Shown piece after piece: positions 1 through 11,000 of a stretch of 64,000 nucleotides of DNA (position 1 is the first letter of the stretch; each line of letters begins with the position of its first letter). The DNA comes from Amphiscolops sp. MND2022 (lineage: Eukaryota). The position numbers were made by a program, and so were the translations under genes. The stretch lies in the NCBI GenBank assembly GCA_964187785.1, contig OZ076413.1:70308001-70372000 (forward strand), given 5' to 3'. The notes below the pieces were generated by a model. The model saw only the letters and a list, made by a program, of their open reading frames with translations. It was not told where the DNA came from and did no database searches.

Positions 1-2009
1 GGTGTTGAAAATTCAAGAAGCTTATTTTGCTAACGATGAAGTTGATACCGCTCGAGCCAACGACAGATTCTCTGGAGGATCCTCGGATCCAAGATAGATT
101 AAGGCGAAAGCGTAGTCAAGGAAATCTAGCTGTATTGGATTATTCTACTTCCCATGAACTGCCTCCTAAGAAGCTGAATCGACGGAAGAGGAAAGCAAAG
201 TTTGAACCTCAGGACCATTTGGGCCTTAACCAGCTTTTCAAAATTCTGAGTGGTAAAAAAGCCTGCCTTCGGGCTGGTGCCCAATTCTGGAACTTCCCCT
301 ATTTCAAAAAGTGGCATGGGACATGAGCCAATGCAAGATCATTATGCTTAGAATCAAAAATTCATGTCTGTCTCACACCCTAAACGATTTGATGTCACAC
401 CGTTCTTCAGGGTTCAATTACTTAGTAGCGGTTTTTTATTGCAGAAACTTGACTACAGTGCTACCCTACACTTTGAACCTTTTCCAGAGCTGTTTCAATG
501 CATTTTCATGATGACATTATTCGCACAATAAAGACTGGTAGCGGAATTCGTACCCGGGAGTTCTGGGCTTACAGCCCAGTGAACAACACCTGCGCCATGG
601 TCAACTTGCACCGACCTCATGTCTAATTTTAAGTGCTTTACATGAGTACAGACATTACGTACGCATTTGTGAAAAGTTACACCGCATAAAAACCTCATCG
701 GATATAGGTTTTTCTGACTCTACACATCTTTAGGTATGACGGATCATTCGAAGGTACCCCGAAACGTCAGAGCATGCATTACGTCTCGTGTTGAAAATTC
801 AAGAAGCTTATTTTGCTAACGATGAAGTTGATACCGCTCGAGCCAACGACAGATTCTCTGGAGGATCCTCGGATCCAAGATAGATTAAGGCGAAAGCGTA
901 GTCAAGGAAATCTAGCTGTATTGGATTATTCTACTTCCCATGAACTGCCTCCTAAGAAGCTGAATCGACGGAAGAGGAAAGCAAAGTTTGAACCTCAGGA
1001 CCATTTGGGCCTTAACCAGCTTCTCAAAGTTCTGAGTGGTAAAAAAGCCAGCCTTCGGGCTGGTGCCCAATTCTGGAACTTCCCCTATTTCAAAAAGTGG
1101 CATGGGACATGAGCCAATGCAAGATCATTATGCTTAGAATCAAAAATTCATGTCTGTCTCACACCCTAAACGATTTGATGTCACCGTTCTTCAGGGTTCA
1201 ATTACTTAGTAGCGGTTTTTTATTGCAGAAACTTGACTACAGTGCTACCCTACACTTTGAACTTTTTCCAGAGCTGTTTCAATGCATTTTCATGATGACA
1301 TTATTCGCACAATAAAGACTGGTAGCGGAATTCGTACCCGGGAGTCCTGGGCTTACAGCCCAGTGAACAACACCTGCGCCATGGTCAACTTGCACCGACC
1401 TCATGTCTAATTTTAAGTGCTTTACATGAGTACAGACATTACGTACGCATTTGTGAAAAGTTACACCGCATAAAAACCTCATCGGATATAGGTTCTTCTG
1501 ACTCTACACATCTTTAGGTATGACGGATCATTCGAAGGTACCCCGAAACGTCAGAGCATGCATTACGTCTCGTGTTGAAAATTCAAGAAGCTTATTTTGC
1601 TAACGATGAAGTTGATACCGCTCGAGCCAACGACAGATTCTCTGGAGGATCCTCGGATCCAAGATAGATTAAGGCGAAAGCGTAGTCAAGGAAATCTAGC
1701 TGTATTGGATAATTCTACTTCCCATGAACTGCCTCCTAAGAAGCTGAATCGACGGAAGAGGAAAGCAAAGTTTGAACCTCAGGACCATTTGGGCCTTAAC
1801 CAGCTTTTCAAAGTTCTGAGTGGTAAAAAAGCCAGCCTTCGGGCTGGTGCCCAATTCTGAAACTTCCCCTATTTAAAAAAGTGAGATGAGCCAATGCAAG
1901 ATCATTATGCTTGGAATCAAAAATTCATGTCTCACACCCTAAACGATTTGATGCCACACCGTTCTTCAGGGTTCACTTACATAGCAGCGGTTTTTTATTG
2001 CAGAAACTT
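1..2009. repeat. Tandem array A, left part (~785-bp unit, ~2.6 copies; continues past window start)
   Basis: The same sequence recurs at offsets 27, 813 and 1597. The third unit stops at CAGAAACTT (2001-2009), where the LTR element begins. Confidence 0.97.
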
Positions 2010-3528
2010 TGTTGTTGTTTGAAGAGATGTTTTTATGAAATGATTGAATTAAATTTGATAATGACTAGACAGTTTTTATTCAGTGAGAAGAGTAGAACAA
2101 ACTTGACTCTTGAAATAAAGTGAGGAAAGTGTGAATAAATTTGGCAGAAAATCAACAGCTCAAACTTATTCATACATAATTTCATGTGTCGAATTCTGAT
2201 TGGTTAATTCAAAAGTTAGCATCACAAACGAATATTTTCAGAAGCATCAACATATGTCGCCCGGGTTGAAGTCCTTCAATAAAAAAGAGTTCCATTTTCA
2301 GATACTTCATGGCACATTTTGTCGATAACGACAGTGAGAGAGAGAGAGAAGTGGGAGGAAGCGGCGAGTAGATCCCTTCAAAGAGAGCCACGGATATGGT
2401 CTGCGAGCCAATGATTCTGCGAAGTTGCCGGAATTCGAGATCTTCCTCAAGTGGCTTAAGTCGTCATGCTTGACTCCAGTGCCTGTTAAGACGCTCCAGC
2501 AGGTGCTTGGAGATCCTCGAGAGTTGGCGGTCATTCAGGAGCGGGTGGCAACACTTTTTTCAGAAGAGACTCTACGGAAGCTGCATTCGTTGGATGAACT
2601 TCCAGAGACTTGGAAGGGAGGAGTGCTGTTGTCAAACAGTGTTGAGACGCCTTCTAGAGTCCGTGCGGGAGTGAAACCACCGGGTGCGGTCTGTGTTCCG
2701 GCGGAATTGAGCGAGAGGGAGATAGTTTCAGAGGGACTTGGTGACACGGTTCTCGTGGAGAAGTCTAATTTCAGAGGCTTCCATGTTGACGTTGCTGAGG
2801 AAGGATTTTCTTTTTCTACTCTCGTTACTGGGAGGAAGATTTGGATGTTCCGTCTGCCTTCACCAACAGGGAAAAAGCTGGATGTGGCTGCACGAGATCG
2901 TAGAAAGTCTTTTTCTGAGACTATCAATCTTTTGCAAGGTCTCTCTAGGACGCAGGCCCGTCAGGTGTCTTGGACTCTTCTGGAGCCTGGGTGCACCGTC
3001 TACTTCCCGTACCACTTTTTGCACTCTGCTTGGACGGACGTGCAGCCTGGGTCAGTGTGCACGATGTACAGCTGCGAGAGGACGGTTGAAGAAGGATGGC
3101 GTACTGAGATGAGGCGAGCTGACCAGTACTTGGCTCTCGGGTGCCGCAGGGGGGAAGAATTCGGCTCCAGTTCCTGATGGAGGTAAGTGTATCAGTCTTC
3201 TTCATTTCTCTTCAAAAACTTGCTGATCAGTAATCATTTATAAGCTGCAAGAACGAAGTATTTGCTGTAAAATGCATCTTGTGATAAGTTGAAATGGTAT
3301 ATGAGGTAGTCAGTAGTCCAGTAGAGGGCATGCATTTTTGATCATAAGATAACAACGACTTGAACTAAGATAATGAATCGATAATTCCGATAAACTAGAG
3401 ACTAATAGGGAGCGAATAGGCTATTTCCCGCGGTCCGTATCCCAAACGGGTCATGAGGGGATACTTTTTGCGGCTGTGGGTTGACAGAAGAAACAAGATA
3501 TAACGAAAATAACCAAAGTATTCTGTCA
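2010..3528 (-). repeat. 3' LTR (inferred ~1.5 kb)
   Basis: Outer end TGTTG at 2010 matches 7578. The inner end is inferred from a purine tract GAGGGAAGAAAAG followed by TGACA on the minus strand at the integrase stop. Only the first 497 bp are confirmed by the second copy. Confidence 0.65.
2425..3177 (+). CDS. JmjC-domain 2OG-Fe(II) oxygenase carried antisense in the LTR (frame open from 2338; probable true start ATG 2309 is out of frame)
   Basis: FHVD (His 2782, Asp 2788), TGRKIW (Lys 2836) and EPGCTVYFPYHFLHS (His 3022) reproduce the JmjC HxD...H triad, the GxKxW motif and the PG-x4-P-x4-H motif. 250 codons with no stop. Confidence 0.82.
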   Translation: MPEFEIFLKWLKSSCLTPVPVKTLQQVLGDPRELAVIQERVATLFSEETLRKLHSLDELPETWKGGVLLSNSVETPSRVRAGVKPPGAVCVPAELSEREIVSEGLGDTVLVEKSNFRGFHVDVAEEGFSFSTLVTGRKIWMFRLPSPTGKKLDVAARDRRKSFSETINLLQGLSRTQARQVSWTLLEPGCTVYFPYHFLHSAWTDVQPGSVCTMYSCERTVEEGWRTEMRRADQYLALGCRRGEEFGSSS

Positions 3529-3541
3529 CTTTCTTCCCTCA
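3529..3541 (-). promoter_or_regulatory. Polypurine tract (candidate)
   Basis: GAGGGAAGAAAAG on the minus strand overlaps the integrase stop and is followed by TG. Confidence 0.55.
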
Positions 3542-5157
3542 AGGACCACTGGGGGTTCTGTCCACGATGGATTCGGCTAGCGGTAGCTTTCTGAGTTTAA
3601 TTATAGGTCGATTGAAGGTTTTCTTTGACGTTTTGATCTCTGCTACCCTCGGAATTTCATCATTTCCTTCAAATAGTTTCGAGACTCTGGCAAGTTTCCA
3701 CACAAGTGGGGCTTCGTTATCTTCAGCAACCAGTACAAGGTCGCCCACGTTTATACAAGGTCCAGTGCGAAACCATTTCTTCCGTATTTGAAGTTCCACA
3801 AGGTAGTCTCTGCTCCAAGACTTCCAGAAATCTTTTTGAATTCGTTGAAGGAGTTTTAGTCTCTGTCCTGCGGGTACATCTATGTCTTCTCTGGCTATTG
3901 AAAGTAGCGAGTCTCCAATGATGAAGTGTGCGGGCGTTATAGCTCGGCAGTCATTGGGGTCATCGGACATTGGAAAGAGTGGCCTTGAGTTTAAGATTGC
4001 TTCAATTTGCTGGAGAATTTTCAGGAGTTCTTCATATTTCAAAGTTTGAAGTCCGAGAATGCGTCTTAGATGTCTCTTCATACTCTTTACGGCGGCTTCC
4101 CATATACCACCGAAGTGTGGTGCTCGAGGGGGAATCGTAACCCATTCAGTGCCTTGACCTGTCAAGTGTCTCAGAAGTTGTTTCAACTGTCTCCTTCAAC
4201 GGTCTCTTTGTTAAGTGCTTGAATTCGTAGGAAATCATTTCTGGCCCCAATGAAGTTGCTTCCATTGTCTGTTATAATCTTCTTAGGGGCTCCTCTTCTT
4301 GATGTGAAGCGTTTGAGAGCCATTATGCAGTCCTCCTCGGTTTGGCTTGAAATTAATTCCAAATGAATGGCTTTCGTGACTAGGCAAATGAATACAGCGA
4401 TATAGATCTTGGGATTTTTCTTGTCCTTGACATTGAAAGGTCCAGCGAAATCTATTCCGCAGGTAGAAAACGCTCTAGCTGGGGTCACCCGTTCGCTAGG
4501 TAGGTCAGCCATTAGTTGAGTAGACTTTGATTGAAAACGGAAACATTTGACACAATTCTTGATGAAATTATTTACCGTTTTTCTTCCGTTCACAAGCCAG
4601 AATTGTTCTCGCATTGTATTGAGAGTTAGTATGCCTCCCCCATGAAATGTAACTTCCTGGTAATGACGAATTAGAAGCTCCTTTAAAGGTGAATCCTTGG
4701 CAATCAGATAGGGAAACTTCTTGTCTTCATGCAAACTTGATTGTGCGAGACGACCTCCGACACGAATGACATCAAGTTCTTTGTCAAGAAAGGGTGACAG
4801 GTTGAGGAGAGGGGATTTTCGTGTCAATTCAGCTTGTCTTCGCAGGATTGCGTACTCATCTGGGAACGTTTGTATCTGATCTTGTCTTATGATCTTTGCT
4901 ATTGCAATTCTACGAATTTCGGTTTCTGCTAATTGTGGAGTATGACAGTCGATTCTTATTCTCAGCACATTGATGAATCGTATGACGTTGCTGACGACGT
5001 TGATGAGCTTATTGAAGCTGCTGAATTTTTCAGTCGGCAGAACTTGAGTACTTGAATTGAGTGTTTGACTGCTTGTGAGTGTCATAACTTCTACAGGAGT
5101 AGATGTTCTGTTTTTGGCCTTGGTAGTTTCCTTCAGCTCACGTTTCTCTGGTAACAC
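3539..5157 (-). pseudogene. Bel/Pao integrase (frameshift near 4185)
   Basis: GIDFAGP, TDNGSNF and APHFGGIWEAAVKSMK (DDE triad), plus FWKSWSRDYL and RPIIKL C-terminal motifs, split across ORFs 4183-5157 and 3539-4186. Confidence 0.93.
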
Positions 5158-5504
5158 AGATGAGGATTGTACATCAAGTTGAGGCCAATAAGATTTTGGG
5201 TGTGGTAGCCATTCAGGGCCAGACCACCAAAGGCGAGAGTTAACGGTATCTTCAACTGAGATTCCCCCCTTGAGGCCAGATCCGCTGGGTTGTCATTTGT
5301 TGGAACGTGATTCCAGCTATCTCTTTTGATAATTTCTTGTATGTAGGAAACTCTGTTCGCTACAAATGTGGTCCAAGTTCGCGGGAGTTGCGATAACCAC
5401 TGGAGAGTGATGGTGGAGTCTGTCCATTGTTCAAGACCAGTTATCTGAAAAGTTGACATGGTAGCTTCAAGCAGTTTTGCGGCTAAGTGTGCACCACAAA
5501 GCAC
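5133..5504 (-). pseudogene. Bel/Pao RNase H, C-terminal half only
   Basis: LCGAHLAAKL, WTDSTITLQW, FVANRVSYIQ and NPADLASRG. Frameshift after ASRG. Confidence 0.92.
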
Positions 5505-7500
5505 GTGAGTTGAACCTTCTGTTTGCTTGATCTAAACTTTCTCCCAACTGACAATCTTGCTTGAAGGGTAATTTTACAGTGAAACAGTTGTCTTGATATT
5601 TTGTCGTGTTAACAAAATGTTGCTCACAGGCTTCTTCCTTGGAGAATTGACGACCCTTTGGAATTTCCTCCAACTCCCAAAATTGCTTTAAATCAAAGTC
5701 GACTGATGATTGGAAGGAACTAACGCTTGTCACTGATCTGCCAGGATTCGATCCACAGATTGTCCACCCGAATACTGTTTTGCGTGCGTAGATACCATCA
5801 CACACTTTGGTTCTTTCGTTTCCAATGACTTGTTCATAAAGATCAATTCCGATGATATCAATATTAGAAGGTTTTGCAAAATTTGGATCAGAAAGCTTGA
5901 TATTTGGAAACTTGATTAGCTCTGGTACTTTCAGCGGACTGGATGGAATAGAAGCTGTCAGTCGTGGTAAAATGAATGCTGAAACATCGTAGGAGATGGA
6001 ATTTTCATCAACAAATGTCAAATCAGTCTTTCCACGGGTAGTTGATTTTGATGAACATCCAATGCCATTGATTATTATCTCGGATTTGAGTCGTTTCAGC
6101 TGCAAACGTTGTACACATTCCTCACTAATAAATGTCAATTCCGATCCACTATCGAGAAGTGCTCGACACTTGTGAGCAATACCAGTTTTCGACATGACTG
6201 ACACTTCCACTGTAGGTAAGACGTGTTTCGCAGAAAATATCCCCTCGTGACCCAAATGCGAATTGGCCACGGGGATCTGTTCAGTTTGCTCACCAGGGGT
6301 GTGGAGCAGGGTATGGTACAGTTTTTGACACTTCTGACACCTTGACTTGGATTTGCAGGCCTTAGAATTGTGACCTGGTCGTAAACAATTGAAACACAAC
6401 TTCTTGATTTTGATAAATTTCTGTTTGTCTTCATAACTCATAATCTTGAATTTATCACACTGGTGTAGTTTGTGTCCCTCGGAGCAGTTGATGCAAGACA
6501 CGCTAGCAGTAGAGCCTTGGTAACCTTGAACTTTGTTTGATTCTTGAATTTTCTTGACTAACTTGCTTGATGAGGCTGAGGCTTCACGTGCTCGGGCTTT
6601 ATCTTCAAGAAACCGCTTTAGGCTGTCCATGCTCTGAGCATCATCGCCCTTGCTGTGAAGTTCCCATTGTCTGCGGCTCTGGGTGTCCAACTTTTTTGCT
6701 ATGATATGAACCCAGATGAAGTCTGATGGTCCGACATCTAATCCCATTCCTTGTAGGGCCATCGTGTTTTCCATGAATATGCTAATCAATTTCCTCAGCT
6801 GATCAGGCGATTCTTCTTTGATCGGACGAAATTCAAAGATGGCTTCTAGATGAGTGTGAATTATTATTCGTTTGTTCGCATAGATGTCTTGGAGAAGTTT
6901 TTTGGCAACCTCGTAATTCGCACTGGAAGTAGGTAAATGCGATAGAAGACGAGCAGGCTCATCTTTCAGCGAAGACTTGAGATAGTGGAGTTTCTGAATG
7001 TTGCTAAGCGTACGATTGCTGTCCACAGTGCTGTTGAATGTGTCTGAGAATGGTGTCCACTCAGAGTATTTCCCAGTAAATGTAGGAAGACTGAGTTTCG
7101 GCAGTTTCAATCCAGAAGTGGATGTTTGTTGACTATCTTCAGTCACATTCTGTGGTTGTCTCGGGGCGGCGTCAGCAGCCTGTTCGATCCGTTCTTCGGC
7201 CATTTCAAGCACTTTGATCGTTGTTTTGATCCTGAGATCATTGTCATCAATTCTAGACCTTTCAGCTTCGATCTCTTCCGAGATTGTGTCACCTTCAGTC
7301 AATTCGTTGATGATGCGTTCGTTTAGTTCTTCAATCTTGGACACTTGTTCCCTGCACCTTTCAAGAGAACACTTGATCTTTGAGATTTCCAGCAGCGTTA
7401 GTGTGCTAGGTTCCTTCTCAAGGATTTCTTTCACTGAGTTTTCTGTCCTGGTAATTGTTCCGAGATGGCCAGATCTCGTTCTTTTCAAAGCTTCAGCCAT
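5467..7500 (-). CDS. Bel/Pao Gag-protease ORF, ending at the RT deletion junction
   Basis: ATG at 7500 (MAEALK). Motifs LKLPKLSLPTFTGKYSEW, CINCSEGHKLHQC, CFNCLRPGHNSKAC and ALLDSGSELTFI. The pre-RT segment FTVKLPFK...RRFNS then joins RNase H sequence out of frame. Confidence 0.92.
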   Translation of the reverse strand: MAEALKRTRSGHLGTITRTENSVKEILEKEPSTLTLLEISKIKCSLERCREQVSKIEELNERIINELTEGDTISEEIEAERSRIDDNDLRIKTTIKVLEMAEERIEQAADAAPRQPQNVTEDSQQTSTSGLKLPKLSLPTFTGKYSEWTPFSDTFNSTVDSNRTLSNIQKLHYLKSSLKDEPARLLSHLPTSSANYEVAKKLLQDIYANKRIIIHTHLEAIFEFRPIKEESPDQLRKLISIFMENTMALQGMGLDVGPSDFIWVHIIAKKLDTQSRRQWELHSKGDDAQSMDSLKRFLEDKARAREASASSSKLVKKIQESNKVQGYQGSTASVSCINCSEGHKLHQCDKFKIMSYEDKQKFIKIKKLCFNCLRPGHNSKACKSKSRCQKCQKLYHTLLHTPGEQTEQIPVANSHLGHEGIFSAKHVLPTVEVSVMSKTGIAHKCRALLDSGSELTFISEECVQRLQLKRLKSEIIINGIGCSSKSTTRGKTDLTFVDENSISYDVSAFILPRLTASIPSSPLKVPELIKFPNIKLSDPNFAKPSNIDIIGIDLYEQVIGNERTKVCDGIYARKTVFGWTICGSNPGRSVTSVSSFQSSVDFDLKQFWELEEIPKGRQFSKEEACEQHFVNTTKYQDNCFTVKLPFKQDCQLGESLDQANRRFNSRALWCTLSRKTA

Positions 7501-7562
7501 TTCAAATTTAACAATCCTTCTGTTCAATAGATTGAATTTCCAAGTTTCGAAATTCCTGGGTA

Positions 7563-7574
7563 GGCGCGGCACCA
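7563..7574 (-). promoter_or_regulatory. Primer binding site TGGTGCCGCGCC
   Basis: 3 nt inside the LTR boundary. TGGTGCCG is complementary to the 3' end of His/Phe-type tRNAs. Confidence 0.75.
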
Positions 7575-7577
7575 AAA

Positions 7578-8076
7578 TGTTGTTGTTTGAAGAGTTGTTT
7601 TTATGAAATGATTGAATTAAATTTGATAATGACTAGACAGTTTTTATTCAGTGAGAAGAGTAGAACAAACTTGACTCTTGAAATAAAGTGGGGAAAGTGT
7701 GAATAAACGTGGCAGAAAATCAACAGTTCAAACTTATTCATACATAATTTCATGTGTCGAATTCTGATTGGTTAATTCAAAAGTTAGCATCACAAACGAA
7801 TATTTTCAGAAGCATCAACATATGTCGCCCGGGTTGAAGTCCTTCAATAAAAAAGAGTTTCATTTTCAGATACTTCATGGCACATTTTGTCGATAACGAC
7901 AGTGAGAGAGAGAGAGAGAAGTGGGAGGAAGCGGCGAGTAGATCCCTTCAAAGAGAGCCACGGATATGGTCTGCGAGCCAATGATTCTGCGAAGTTGCCG
8001 GAATTCGAGATCTTCCTCAAGTGGCTTAAGTCGTCATGCTTGACTCCAGTGCCTGTTAAGACGCTCCAGCAGGTGC
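7578..8076 (-). repeat. 5' LTR remnant (499 bp, truncated)
   Basis: Matches 2010-2506 with 6 substitutions and one extra GA by my count. Identity stops at CAGGTGC inside the JmjC ORF. Confidence 0.93.
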
Positions 8077-8094
8077 AATAACCTCAATAACCTT

Positions 8095-11000
8095 AACAAT
8101 AACCTCATCTGATTTAGGTTTTTCTGACTCTACACATCTTTAGGTATGACGGATCACTCGAGGGTTTCCCGAAACGTCAGAGCATGCATTGGGTCTCGTG
8201 TTGAAAATTCAAGAAGCTTATTTTGCTAACGATGAAGTTGATACCGCTCCAGCCAACGACAGATTCTCTGGAGGATCCTCGGATCCAAGATAGATTAAGG
8301 CGAAAGCGTAGTCAAGGAAATCTAGCTGTATTGGATAGTTCTACTTCCCATGAACTGCCTCCTAAGAAGCTGAATCGACGGAAGAGGAAAGCAAAGTTTG
8401 AACCTCAGGACCATTTGGGCCTTAACCAGCTTTTCAAAGTTCTGAGTGGTAAAAAAAACAGTCTTCAGGCTGGTACCCAATTCTGAAACTTCCCCTATTT
8501 AAAAAAGTGGCATGAGCCAATGCAAGATCATTATGCTTGGAATCAAAAATTCATGTCTCACACCCTAAACGATTTGATGCCACACCGTTCTGCAGGGTTC
8601 ACTTTCATAGCAGCGGTTTTATATTGCAGAAACTTGACTAATGTGCTACCCTATACTTTGAACCTTGTTCAGAGCTGTTTCAATACATGTTCATGATGAC
8701 ATTCGCACAATAAAGATTGGTAGCGGAATTCGTACCCGGGAGTCCTGGGCTTACAGCCCAGTAAACAACACCTGCACCATGGTCAATTTGCACCGACATC
8801 ATGTCTAATTTTAAGTGCTTTACAAAAGTACAGACATTGCGTACGCACATGTGAAAAGTTACACCGCATAACAATAACCTAATCTGATTTAGGTTTTTCT
8901 GACTCTACACATCTTTAGGTATGACGGATCACTCGAGGGTTTCCCGAAACGTCAGAGCATGCATTGGGTCTCGTGTTGAAAATTCAAGAAGCTTATTTTG
9001 CTAACGATGAAGTTGATACCGCTCGAGCCAACGACATTCTCTGGAGGATCCTCTGATCCAAGATAGATTAAGGCGAAAGCGTAGTCAAGGAAATCTAGCT
9101 GTATTGGATTATTCTACTTCCCATGAACTGCCTCCTAAGAAGCTGAATCGACGGAAGAGGAAAGCAAAGTTTGAACCTCAGGACCATTTGGGCCTTAACC
9201 AGCTTTTCAAAGTTCTGAGTGGTAAAAAAAGCCAGCCTTCGGGCTGGTGCCCAATTCTGGAACTTCCCCTATTTAAAAAAATGGCATGAGCCAATGCAAG
9301 ATTATGCTTGGAATCAAAAATTCATGTCTCACACCCTAATCGATTTGATGTCACACCGTTCTTCAGGGTTCAATTACTTAGCGGTTTTTTATTGCAGAAA
9401 CTTGACTACAGTGCTACCCTACACTTAGAACCTTGTTCAGAGCTGTTTCAATGCATGTTCATGATGACATTCGCACAATAAAGATTGGTAGCGGAATTCG
9501 TACCCGGGAGTCCTGGGCTTACAGCCCAGTAAACAACACCTGCGCCATGGTCAATTTGCACCGACCTCATGTCTAATTTGAAGTGCTTTACAAAAGTACA
9601 GACATTGCGTACGCATATGTGAAAAGTTACACCGCATAACAATAACCTCTTCGGATATAGGTTTTTCTGACTCTACACATCTTTAGGTATGACGGATCAC
9701 TCGAAGGTACCCCGAAACAAGAGAGCATGCATTACGTCTCGCGTTGAAAACTCAAAAAGCCTATTTTGCTAACAATGAAGTTGATACCGCTCGAGCCAGC
9801 GACAGATTCTCTGGAGGATCCTCGGATCCAAGGGGTATTAAGGCGAAAGCGTAGTCAAGGAAATCTAGCTGTATTGGATCAAACTACTTACTACGAACCA
9901 CCTCCTAAAAAGCTGAATCGACGGAAGAGGAAAGCAAAGTTTGACCCTCGGGGCTGTTTGGGCCTCAACCAGCTTTTCAAAGTTCTGAGTGGTAAAAAAG
10001 CCAGCCTTCGGGCTGGTGCCCAATTCTGGAACTTACCATATTCAAAAAAGTGGCATGAGCCAATGCAAGATCAATATGCTTGGAATCAAAAAATCATGTC
10101 TCACACCCTAATCGATTTGATGCCACACCGTTCTTCAGGGTTCACTAACTTAGCAGCGGTTTTTTATTGCAGAAACTTGACTAATGTGCTACCCTACACT
10201 TTGAAACTTGTTCAGAGCTGTTTCAATGCATGTCTGATGACATTCGCACAATAAAGATTGGTAGCGGGATTCGTACCCGGGAGTCCTGGGCTTACAGCCC
10301 AGTAAACAACACCTGCGCCATGGTCAATTTGCACCGACCTCATGTCTAATTTTAAGTGCTTTACAAAAGTACAGACATTGCGTACGCACATGTGAAAAGT
10401 TACACCGCATAACAATAACCTCATCTGATATAGGTTTTTCTGACTCTACACATCTTTAGGTATGACGGATCACTCGAGGGTTCCCCGAAACGCCAGAGCA
10501 TGCATTACGTCTCGTGTTGAAAATTCAAGAAGCTTATTTTGCTAACGATGAAGTTGATACCGCACCAGCCGACGACAGATTCTCGGGAGGATCCTCGGAT
10601 CCAAGATAGATTAAGGCGAAAGCGTAGTCAAGGAAATCTAGCTGTATTGGATAGTTCTACTTCCCATGAACTGCCTCCTAAGAAGCTGAATCGACGGAAG
10701 AGGAAAGTAAAGTTTGAACCTCAGGACCATTTGGGCCTTAACCAGCTTTTCAAAGTTCTGAGTGGTAAAAAAAACAGTCTTCAGGCTGGTACCCAATTCT
10801 GAAACTTCCCCTATTTAAAAAAGTGGCATGAGCCAATGCAAGATCATTATGCTTGGAATCAAAAATTCATGTCTCACACCCTAAACGATTTGATGCCACA
10901 CCGTTCTGCAGGGTTCACTTACATAGCAGCGGTTTTTTATTGCAGAAACTTGACTAATGTGCTACCCTAAACTTTGAACCTTGTTCAGAGCTGTTTCAAT

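Larger units (their letters stand above)
2010..8076 (-). mobile_element. Bel/Pao LTR retrotransposon, RT-deleted (non-autonomous), right LTR truncated
   Basis: Domain order on the minus strand is Gag (Pao-type LPxFxG...W-F motif, three Cys/His knuckles), protease (LLDSGS), RNase H, integrase. Direct repeats 2010-2506 and 7578-8076 both start TGTTGTTG. A PBS abuts the right repeat. Confidence 0.95.

Noticed and set aside
700-780. Hammerhead ribozyme in unit A (TCTGAC...CCGAAACGTCAGA)
   Set aside because: A GAAAC and a possible stem III exist, but the CUGANGA core is missing.
1380-1560. Alternative genetic code (TAA/TAG = Gln) suggested by a protein-like frame with several such stops in unit A
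   Set aside because: MEMO1, Gag and JmjC read normally with standard codons, and TGA stops also interrupt the array frames. Decay or chance explains it.
2535-3205. Overlapping ORFs 2535-2927, 2738-3112 and 2945-3205, and + strand ORFs within the Pao internal region
   Set aside because: They are shadow frames of the JmjC, gag and pol sequences, with no motifs.
8071-8080. GTGCA as the natural TG end of a complete 499-bp LTR
   Set aside because: The left copy reads GTGCT with no adjacent PPT, there is no TSD, and array A does not resume at the insertion point.
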